In this document: positions 1-4,900 of the stretch, piece by piece
Numbering within the stretch: position 1 is the first letter of the stretch
Layout of the letters: the number at the start of each line of letters is the position of its first letter
Origin: a virus
Strand: one strand, 5' to 3'
IMG/VR virus record: IMGVR_UViG_3300010219_000015
Location: 1-5,065 of that record
Length of the DNA stretch: 5,065 nucleotides
The notes under the pieces: generated by a model
Database searches by the model: none
Seen by the model: the letters and a program-made list of their open reading frames with translations, nothing else
Told to the model about the DNA's origin: nothing
Translations under genes and position numbers: made by a program

Positions 1-55
1 ACCCATTCCTGAGATGCGCGGGCCGCAGGCCGGTTGAGCTGCGCTGCGGCTCGCG
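1..55. repeat. Terminal direct repeat, copy 1 (identical to 5011..5065); overlap from linearising a circular contig
   Basis: acccattcctgagatgcgcgggccgcaggccggttgagctgcgctgcggctcgcg was read at both ends of the window, base for base. Confidence 0.95.
36..52. other. GC-rich stem-loop (7-bp stem with one G-T pair, 3-nt loop) inside a GC-rich non-coding island at about 14..56; a second small ggcc-gca-ggcc hairpin lies at 21..31
   Basis: gagctgc (36..42) pairs with gcggctc (46..52). ggcc (21..24) pairs with ggcc (28..31). The region is non-coding and much more GC-rich than its surroundings. Confidence 0.5.
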
Positions 56-56
56 T

Positions 57-93
57 GGGGGCATATGACTCTCCTCGTTGTCTATATGCCCCC
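57..93. other. Perfect 10-bp inverted repeat with a 17-nt loop, 4 nt downstream of the VP3 stop on the coding strand; candidate terminator, complementary-strand origin or other structural element
   Basis: gggggcatat (57..66) is the exact reverse complement of atatgccccc (84..93). The loop is gactctcctcgttgtct. No T/U tract follows on the coding strand, so it is not a canonical intrinsic terminator. Confidence 0.6.
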
Positions 94-97
94 TGAC

Positions 98-559
98 TCA
101 GGCTTCCTTCGTCGGCTCCTGGACGATCACCCGAATAGGATCGGGTGTGATTTCTTTTTTCAGGAGTCCGATTTGTACCGCCTCCTCTAGGTTCTTCTCG
201 TTGTTTACGAACTCCCAGAGTTTCTGTGGATCGTGGTTGAACCTTTCGCGAATGTCCGCCGGTAGATCATTGAATCTTTCTTGTGCTACTCGTGCGGAGT
301 CTAGCATTTCCCTCAGGCTTCGTGCCTGTGTGAAATCTCCATAGTATCGTGGGTCTGTTACTCTCGGAAGATTTGCGTTTTCGTCCTCTAGTCCTAGCCT
401 TCGGGCAATTACGTTGATATCTACATCGTCCCTGAATTGCTGTTGTGCTCCCGTTGGTGATACGTCTTTTTCGTCTGGGATATTGTGTACTAAGCTGGCT
501 TCGCCTGCCTTGTCATCTTCCTTTGTGTCGTATTGGTCTCTGAATTTCGGTCTTGCCAT
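98..559 (-). CDS. VP3: Internal scaffolding protein VP3 (153 aa from the internal ATG)
   Basis: The tracked 177-aa ORF opens with GTG at 629..631. The ATG at 557..559 is preceded by GGAGG (565..569) with a 5-nt spacer and sits 2 nt after the VP2 stop (GGAGGTAAATATG). The motif FNDLPADIRERFNHDPQKLWEFV is what I recognise from gokushovirus VP3 (Chlamy_scaf-type) scaffolding proteins. The gene follows VP2 as expected. The stop is TGA at 98..100. Confidence 0.85.
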   Translation of the reverse strand: MARPKFRDQYDTKEDDKAGEASLVHNIPDEKDVSPTGAQQQFRDDVDINVIARRLGLEDENANLPRVTDPRYYGDFTQARSLREMLDSARVAQERFNDLPADIRERFNHDPQKLWEFVNNEKNLEEAVQIGLLKKEITPDPIRVIVQEPTKEA

Positions 560-561
560 AT

Positions 562-1233
562 TTACCTCCGGAGTGTGTGTGCTGCTGTTTTCGCGTCGTT
601 TAGGAAGGGTCTTACGTATTTTCCGTACCACGTATTTGCGATACGTGAGTCGTTTCTTAGTCCGGGTAATTCATATCCGGACGCTGTTGCGTTGTTCTGT
701 GCGTTCTTTAGGTCGGCTTCCATTTGCTGTATCATCATTCGGTATGTTTCGCCTCCGAATGCGTTTTCGCGTGATGCTTTTTTCAGTTCCTCCATTCTCA
801 TTTGCTGTGTTAGTGCCCACAGGCTTGTTTGTCTGCCTGTTTCGTTTGCTACTGATGCTCTTTGTGCGTCTGCCAGCTTTGCTTGATTTGCGATTAGGTC
901 GCGTTGTGCTATTCCATTTTGTAGTTCGTTATACATTTGTACGGCGCTTGCTGCGGCTGCCTGTGCTCCTCCCATTGGGTTTTGATATGTTGCTGTGTTT
1001 CCGCTTGGTGCTCCTGCGCCGTTTGCTACGGCCATTGCAGGGTTGAATCCTGCGGCTTTTAGGTCTGCTACTCGTCTTTGTACTTCTGTGTTGCTCATTC
1101 GTTCTTGAAAGCTTCTGTTTCGTGCTGCCTCTCGGGCGTTTGCTTCGTTGGCGCTCATTCCTCCGAATACGTTGAATGCGCCTCCTACTAGGTTTCCTAT
1201 GACGCCCGGTAGTGCGTCGGTTAGGATTCCCAT
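562..1233 (-). CDS. VP2: DNA pilot / minor capsid protein VP2 (223 aa)
   Basis: The ATG at 1231..1233 overlaps the VP1 stop (TAATG). A glycine-rich N-terminus is followed by SFQERMSNTEVQRRVADLKAAGFNPAMA, the conserved block I recognise from gokushovirus VP2 pilot proteins. The rest of the protein is Ala/Gly/Gln-rich. The stop is TAA at 562..564. Confidence 0.85.
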   Translation of the reverse strand: MGILTDALPGVIGNLVGGAFNVFGGMSANEANAREAARNRSFQERMSNTEVQRRVADLKAAGFNPAMAVANGAGAPSGNTATYQNPMGGAQAAAASAVQMYNELQNGIAQRDLIANQAKLADAQRASVANETGRQTSLWALTQQMRMEELKKASRENAFGGETYRMMIQQMEADLKNAQNNATASGYELPGLRNDSRIANTWYGKYVRPFLNDAKTAAHTLRR

Positions 1234-2870
1234 TAGAATCTCCCCAGTTGTGCGGGTGTGTTAAACATTGGCATGGGTCGCGTCGCTTCTACTTCGAAGA
1301 ATGCGTCCAGTAGTACGTTCATGTTTGCCTGTGCTGAGCTAAGCGCGCGTGTGATTGGTGTGCTCTGTTGGATGAACGCGCTGTTGAGTGACGGTGCCGC
1401 GCTGAATTGTTCTGCGAGGTGCCACTCGTCGATGTTGTTTGCGGTTGTGCTCTTGAAGTATCCCGTAATTCGGGACTGTTCGTACTTGTATTCGGCCCAT
1501 CGTTCCTGATATCCGAATACGGCTGTGTCGTTTGCGTTTCCTCGGACGAAGATTTCGTCCATTCTGATTGCCTGTTCGCCCAGATTTGCGAATGCGGGAT
1601 AGTAGTGATCTAGGCGTGTGCTGCGCGTCCACATACGGTGCATTCCCTGCTGGTACGTTACTTCTCCGTATGCGTTGCAGAGTCCGATAATAAATCCGTG
1701 TTCAGTTGCGTGGTAGCTGAATGAGTGGTTGTCGTTTGCGAGTGCGGTTGCGCCGAGCGATCCCAGTGGATTGTTGATTGTGTTGTCGCTGGATTTTCTG
1801 TCAACTGCGGTTTGCGGGATTGCCTGTGTTTGAATTGCCGTGGTTCCGCCTCCGATGTATTCCGGGCGTTGGAGTCGTACATCTTCTGGTGATACTCCGA
1901 AGTGCATTTGAAGTTGTTCGACGTACCTCGTACCGCCGCGCATATCGCGCTCCAGTAGTACTTGCGTTGCAAGTGCGGTGCGTAGTGCATTGATTGTTCC
2001 GCCTGTTCCGCTGAGGTCGGCGTAGATGTTTGGTACGAGTCCGGCCGTTGTTCCGCTTGCTCTGATTACGAGTTGGTTTACGTTGTTCGCCATGAAATAT
2101 CCGGGATATCCGGTGCTGCTGGTCCCGTCTTTTTCTATGGCGTTTGTGAATCCGCCTGTTACTGGTGCGATTGCGGCGTTGACTGCAAGTCCCTTTACTG
2201 GTGCTGTTCCGGCGAGGAATGCTACGTCGCTTCCCTTCTGTGGTGTCGGTAGTGCGCTCGTGAAATAGTCGTGTCTTTTGTTTCGCCGGAGTAGTACATA
2301 GTTTGTCGATCCGTCGATATCTCCGGTTGCTTCTACGACGCTGTTTTGTAGGTTTTGGTCTCTAAACCATTCGTTAAAGATTTTGTTGTATCCCCTGAGT
2401 GGTAGCGCGTTGATGTTTACACTATCTGTGCCCGTTACGCCTGTTCCGGGTGTTGGGAGTCCGAAGTAATCGAATATGCTGCATACTCCGAATCCGGCTG
2501 CGGCGTTGTTGCTGTTGATTGTCGGGATTGTATAGCTGATGCTGTCCGATGGGTTTGCTCGTTCTCCCATCATTTTTTTCCAGTTTGACCATACGATTCT
2601 GTTCGGTACGAAAAAAAAGAACGTGTCTAGGTATGCTCGGTCCATTAGTGGGAAGATTAGGCTACTTCCCAGTCGGGCGAATACCTGTACGCGTCCTCTG
2701 ATTGAATCTGCCGGTAGTACTTCTTTGCAGTAGAAGGGAATTAGGTAGTTGAAGTCGAATGTTGTCTTTAGTGTGTGTTCGTTTCTGAATGATGCCCGTG
2801 GAATGTCGCTTCGGTTCGTCATTGCGAACCGTGACGTGTTGATGCGGCCTACGCGTTGGTTGAGATCCAT
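1233..2870 (-). CDS. VP1: Major capsid protein VP1 (545 aa, Microviridae F-protein family)
   Basis: ATG at 2868..2870 with GAGGA 4 nt upstream. The N-terminal block TTFDFNYLIPFYCKEVLPADS...FARLGSSLIFPLMDRAYLDTFFFFVPNRIVWSNW matches the hallmark N-terminal motifs of microvirus capsid proteins. The length is typical of gokushovirus VP1. Confidence 0.95.
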   Translation of the reverse strand: MDLNQRVGRINTSRFAMTNRSDIPRASFRNEHTLKTTFDFNYLIPFYCKEVLPADSIRGRVQVFARLGSSLIFPLMDRAYLDTFFFFVPNRIVWSNWKKMMGERANPSDSISYTIPTINSNNAAAGFGVCSIFDYFGLPTPGTGVTGTDSVNINALPLRGYNKIFNEWFRDQNLQNSVVEATGDIDGSTNYVLLRRNKRHDYFTSALPTPQKGSDVAFLAGTAPVKGLAVNAAIAPVTGGFTNAIEKDGTSSTGYPGYFMANNVNQLVIRASGTTAGLVPNIYADLSGTGGTINALRTALATQVLLERDMRGGTRYVEQLQMHFGVSPEDVRLQRPEYIGGGTTAIQTQAIPQTAVDRKSSDNTINNPLGSLGATALANDNHSFSYHATEHGFIIGLCNAYGEVTYQQGMHRMWTRSTRLDHYYPAFANLGEQAIRMDEIFVRGNANDTAVFGYQERWAEYKYEQSRITGYFKSTTANNIDEWHLAEQFSAAPSLNSAFIQQSTPITRALSSAQANMNVLLDAFFEVEATRPMPMFNTPAQLGRF

Positions 2871-2877
2871 ACTTTCC

Positions 2878-3162
2878 TCACTTGGTTTTGTTTTTGTTCC
2901 AAATGATCTGCGCGACTATCTTGCCGATTTCTAGTGCGAGTAATACTCCGCTGGCGATTTTGTTCCGCCACTTCTTATCGCTGGCTCTGCGTTTCGGCTT
3001 CTTCGCGTGTGCTTGGATCGCGGTTTCGATCGTATGGTGTTGGATCGTCTCGTCTGAATTCTCCTCGTGGGTTGTTGATGAAGGCCCATTCTTCTCCGGT
3101 TGCGATGATTTGGATATCGGCCGGGTAGAGTTTTCCGGTTCGGTCATCCTGTGCTCCGACAT
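2878..3162 (-). CDS. Candidate overprinted ORF (94 aa from ATG 3160..3162; 89 aa from ATG 3145..3147), hypothetical, with a basic cluster and hydrophobic helix at the C-terminus
   Basis: It overlaps the 3' part of the VP5-like gene in another frame and then fills the otherwise unassigned gap 2878..2974. GGAG (3154..3157) lies 6 nt before the second ATG. The TGA stop is part of the VP1 ribosome-binding site (TGAGGAAAGTATG). In the non-overlapped 32 codons only 1 ends in T, matching the coding signature of this genome. The C-terminus reads AKKPKRRASDKKWRNK-IASGVLLALEIGKIVAQIIW-NKNKTK. Caveat: the T-poor strand generates spurious same-strand ORFs, and the N-terminal half looks low-complexity. 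Confidence 0.35.
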   Translation of the reverse strand: MSEHRMTEPENSTRPISKSSQPEKNGPSSTTHEENSDETIQHHTIETAIQAHAKKPKRRASDKKWRNKIASGVLLALEIGKIVAQIIWNKNKTK

Positions 3163-3412
3163 ATAGGAGTTCGTAGTCTTTCGGGTGTTTGCCCGGTGTG
3201 GTCTGTTTGTTGCCTAGTACATCTTCGAATTCTCGGATTGCGGCTTGGTGGCTGCGGTAGTCTAGTGCTGGTCCTAGCAGCATGTTTGCGACTTTATCGC
3301 GGATTTGGTATAGTCCTCTGAGGCTTAAGTGTCTATATTTTGCGAAGTCGTTCGGCTCGCTCGTGGTGTTGTCGGTGGATGATTTCGGCGGCTGCGAGTC
3401 GTTCGGGTTCAT
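2975..3412 (-). CDS. VP5: VP5-like (ORF5-type) non-structural protein, 145 aa as drawn; start uncertain
   Basis: The core LYQIRDKVANMLLGPALDYRSHQAAIREFEDVLGNKQTTPGKHPKDYELLYVGAQDDRTGKLYPADIQIIATGEEW matches the pattern I remember for gokushovirus VP5 (A-x-R-x-F ... hP-x-D[FY]-x-L ... G-x-x-D-x-x-TG). It lies between VP4 and VP1 as in gokushoviruses. The only in-frame ATG upstream of the conserved core is at 3410..3412, which is 80 nt inside VP4 and has no obvious SD. Confidence 0.65.
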   Translation of the reverse strand: MNPNDSQPPKSSTDNTTSEPNDFAKYRHLSLRGLYQIRDKVANMLLGPALDYRSHQAAIREFEDVLGNKQTTPGKHPKDYELLYVGAQDDRTGKLYPADIQIIATGEEWAFINNPRGEFRRDDPTPYDRNRDPSTREEAETQSQR

Positions 3413-4247
3413 TTTTGTCTGTTGGCTTGAGTGACTGTTTGTACTTTCGGTGGTCGATGTTCTCGGCTAGCTGTGGTTCGGTCTTTTTGAGGTTGCGTAG
3501 GTATGTTCTGGGTATCTTGGTTTTCCTCCCGTTTAGGGTGACTAGGAATCCGTCTGTGAGGTCTGTTTTGTTCTCTTTTAGCCATCGTAGGCCGATGGCG
3601 GGTCGTCGGCTCATTCGTGCGAACGGTGGTGGTCTGTCGAACCATTCGCCGTTCTCGTCTATATATCCGTCGCCTTTTGTCCATCCCGCGCCCTTTAGCG
3701 CGTATTTTGCGATGTACGTTCCTGCTGCTGGTGTGAAGTTTCCTAGGTCTGTGATGCCTAGACCCCAGAGTTTGTGAAGTGTTTCGCTGGTATATCTTGG
3801 TAGTTCGTCGGTTCCTCCGATGCGTTGTTTGTCTTTAAAGTCGCAATTGAATAGGACGGCGTGATAGTGTGGTCGGTGTGTGTTGTGTGTTCCGTATTCT
3901 CCACAGGCGAAATAACTGAGGTTTTGCGTGTGGTCAGTGATGATGGTATCCACATCTCTAACTGTTGCGTTTCGGATTCTTTTGAGGAAGTTTCTGAGGT
4001 GTTCTGGTACAAGGTGTCCTCCTCGTGGTACGTTAGCGTCGTCGTATGTTAGCGTTACGAATATGTTGTACGGTGTTCTTCGCGCTTCGTGGGAACATCT
4101 GTGTCCCCATTCTGTGGCGCGGTCGGTACGGCATCCAATACATTTCCCGCATGGGAGTTGTAGGTTGGTTAGTCCTAGTTGTGGTTTGATGATGAGCTGT
4201 TTTCCGGGTGCCTCTTGGTATGCTGGTATTGGGTGGTAGCATGCCAC
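3333..4247 (-). CDS. VP4: Replication initiation protein VP4 (304 aa, HUH rolling-circle endonuclease), GTG start
   Basis: The start codon is GTG (plus strand cac at 4245..4247), bounded by an in-frame TAA two codons upstream (4251..4253), with GGAGG 9 nt upstream. Motifs verified at nucleotide level: CGKCIGC (4131..4151), FVTLTY (4044..4061), the HUH motif RPHYHAVLF (HYH at 3861..3869), and the double catalytic tyrosine YIAKY (3702..3716). The last resembles the Y-x-x-K-Y of phiX174 protein A. Confidence 0.95.
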   Translation of the reverse strand: MACYHPIPAYQEAPGKQLIIKPQLGLTNLQLPCGKCIGCRTDRATEWGHRCSHEARRTPYNIFVTLTYDDANVPRGGHLVPEHLRNFLKRIRNATVRDVDTIITDHTQNLSYFACGEYGTHNTHRPHYHAVLFNCDFKDKQRIGGTDELPRYTSETLHKLWGLGITDLGNFTPAAGTYIAKYALKGAGWTKGDGYIDENGEWFDRPPPFARMSRRPAIGLRWLKENKTDLTDGFLVTLNGRKTKIPRTYLRNLKKTEPQLAENIDHRKYKQSLKPTDKNEPERLAAAEIIHRQHHERAERLRKI

Positions 4248-4250
4248 TTG

Positions 4251-4361
4251 TTATAGCCTCCATCCTCCGCGCATTACTCGGACGTTGAATGCGTGGGTTT
4301 TCTGGCTGTTGCGGTTGAAGCTGTTTGCGCTCTTGCGGCGGTTGACGTTGCGGCGCTGCAT
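4251..4361 (-). CDS. Small arginine-rich DNA-binding/packaging peptide, J-protein / gokushovirus ORF8-like (36 aa)
   Basis: Hand translation gives ATG (4359..4361) ... TAA (4251..4253) = MQRRNVNRRKSANSFNRNSQKTHAFNVRVMRGGWRL. It has 10 Arg/Lys, no acidic residue, and a C-terminal RGGxRL-type ending that I recall from small basic gokushovirus peptides. No codon ends in T (0/36). A G-rich stretch (GGGGGA) lies 7 nt upstream. Its last codons carry the VP4 Shine-Dalgarno, and its stop is 3 nt before the VP4 GTG (TAACAAGTG). It is missing from the supplied track only because of its length. Confidence 0.7.
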   Translation of the reverse strand: MQRRNVNRRKSANSFNRNSQKTHAFNVRVMRGGWRL

Positions 4362-4404
4362 TTGTTGTTCCCCCGGGTTTTTTGAAAATTTTTTGGACGG
4401 ATGT

Positions 4405-4438
4405 GGAAAAGTCCCCGTTTTAGGACGGGTTCTTTTCC
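4405..4438. other. Intergenic stem-loop (7 bp + 2x2 internal loop + 5 bp, 6-nt loop) between ORF64 and the J-like gene
   Basis: ggaaaag (4405..4411) pairs with cttttcc (4432..4438), and cccgt (4414..4418) pairs with acggg (4425..4429). The loop is tttagg. It lies 15 nt after the ORF64 stop on the coding strand. No U tract follows directly. Confidence 0.55.
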
Positions 4439-4453
4439 GGTTGATGGTTTGTG

Positions 4454-4648
4454 TTAGTGCTGGAGTGCGGTGTTGAGGTATTCGATTGCGTCTGTTACGA
4501 AGTCGAATGCGAGTTTGAGATACTTCGCTTCCTCGGTGTCCGGCTTCGCTTCTGCGTGTAGCTTCGTGATTTCTATTCGTGCCTGTTGCATCTTGTAGCG
4601 CGCCTCTTTGGTGCGCGTGTCTGTGTCGATCTGCGCGGTCTGTCGCAT
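4454..4648 (-). CDS. Hypothetical small helical protein (ORF64, 64 aa), orphan
   Basis: The ATG at 4646..4648 is 2 nt after the ORF68 stop, with GAGGA inside the last ORF68 codons (GAGGAAGTAAACATG). Only 1 of 64 codons ends in T. The sequence is charged and amphipathic (…ARIEITKLHAEAKPDTEEAKYLKLAFDFVTDAIEYLNTALQH). I recognise no family. Confidence 0.6.
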   Translation of the reverse strand: MRQTAQIDTDTRTKEARYKMQQARIEITKLHAEAKPDTEEAKYLKLAFDFVTDAIEYLNTALQH

Positions 4649-4650
4649 GT

Positions 4651-4857
4651 TTACTTCCTCGTGTTGTTGGCCTTGGCGGCGTCGATCTGTTCGCGCTTCT
4701 GTGCGCTCTCGTCGTCGGTCTGTTTCTTCAGGGCCTTTACGGCTTCGATCATTTCTTCCGTGCTGGCGACTGCTCCGCGTTGCCGCGCGAGCTTGGTCTC
4801 GAGGTCGCGAATGGTCCGGTCAAAGTGCATGCTCGTGACGTTTGTCGTGGCGCTCAT
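4651..4857 (-). CDS. Hypothetical small coiled-coil-like protein (ORF68, 68 aa), orphan
   Basis: The tracked 121-aa ORF is trimmed to the internal ATG at 4855..4857, which has a strong AGGAGG (4864..4869) 6 nt upstream. The discarded N-terminal 53 codons are low-complexity T/H/R/N-rich. Only 2 of 68 codons end in T. Heptad-like hydrophobic spacing is seen in FDRTIRDLETKLARQRGAVASTEEMIEAVKALKKQ. I recognise no family. Confidence 0.65.
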   Translation of the reverse strand: MSATTNVTSMHFDRTIRDLETKLARQRGAVASTEEMIEAVKALKKQTDDESAQKREQIDAAKANNTRK

Positions 4858-4876
4858 GGTATTCCTCCTGTGGTTG

Positions 4877-4892
4877 CGAGCCCTTTTGCTCG
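4877..4892 (-). other. Short stem-loop (5 bp plus 2 possible G-T pairs, 6-nt loop) in the putative 5' leader of ORF68
   Basis: cgagc (4877..4881) pairs with gctcg (4888..4892). It lies between the candidate promoter and the ORF68 SD. Confidence 0.3.
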
Positions 4893-4900
4893 TGTCTGTA

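Noticed and set aside
31-50. Gapped similarity between cggttgagctgcgctgcggc (31..50) and cggttgaagctgtttgcgctcttgcggc (4312..4339), possibly a relic partial duplication of the J-like gene in the non-coding region
   Set aside because: The match needs three gaps over 20 nt in GC-rich, repeat-like sequence. By eye I cannot distinguish it from chance. A proper local alignment with shuffled controls would be required.
1-64. 42-codon ORF starting at the ATG (62..64, minus strand) within the 10-bp hairpin arm, with GAGGAG in the hairpin loop, running across the circular junction
   Set aside because: The product (MPPREPQRSSTGLRPAHLRNGC...) is low-complexity. The start is sequestered in a perfect stem. 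The ORF is split by the window edge, so it cannot be annotated contiguously. Open frames are expected on the T-poor strand.
560-631. GTG-initiated 24-codon N-terminal extension of VP3 (the tracked 177-aa version)
   Set aside because: It would overlap the VP2 3' end by 70 nt. The internal ATG at 557..559 has a near-ideal GGAGG SD and sits 2 nt after the VP2 stop, giving a typical VP3 length.
2611-2618. A8 homopolymer (T8 on the coding strand) inside VP1
   Set aside because: It encodes the conserved FFFF of the capsid motif DTFFFFVP and keeps the frame. It is only worth noting as a slippage- or sequencing-error-prone site, not as a feature.
2849-2971. 40-codon basic ORF (GTG start, MAEQNRQRSITRTRNRQDSRADHLEQKQNQVRKVWISTNA) in the VP5 frame past its stop, as an alternative J-like gene
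   Set aside because: It has no SD. About 10 of 36 codons end in T in a genome where real genes have under 8% T-ending codons. It would run into VP1. A much better J-like candidate exists at 4251..4361.
1339-4263. Minus-strand alternative-frame ORFs nested in VP1 and VP4 (1339..1632, 1658..1990, 3409..3684, 3758..4012, 4033..4263)
   Set aside because: The coding strand is T-poor, so off-frame stops are scarce. The products are T/H/R/N/Q/P-rich low-complexity strings. They have no SD-plus-start arrangement and no coupling to neighbouring genes. I cannot exclude overprinting without comparative data, but nothing supports it.
4308-4353. Iteron-like direct repeats (gcggttga at 4311 and 4338; ttgcgg at 4309, 4333 and 4348) suggestive of a Rep-binding origin
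   Set aside because: They fall entirely within the 36-aa J-like ORF and simply reflect repeated Asn-Arg / Arg-Arg codons (AAC CGC, CGC CGC). A dual role cannot be excluded, but coding explains them.
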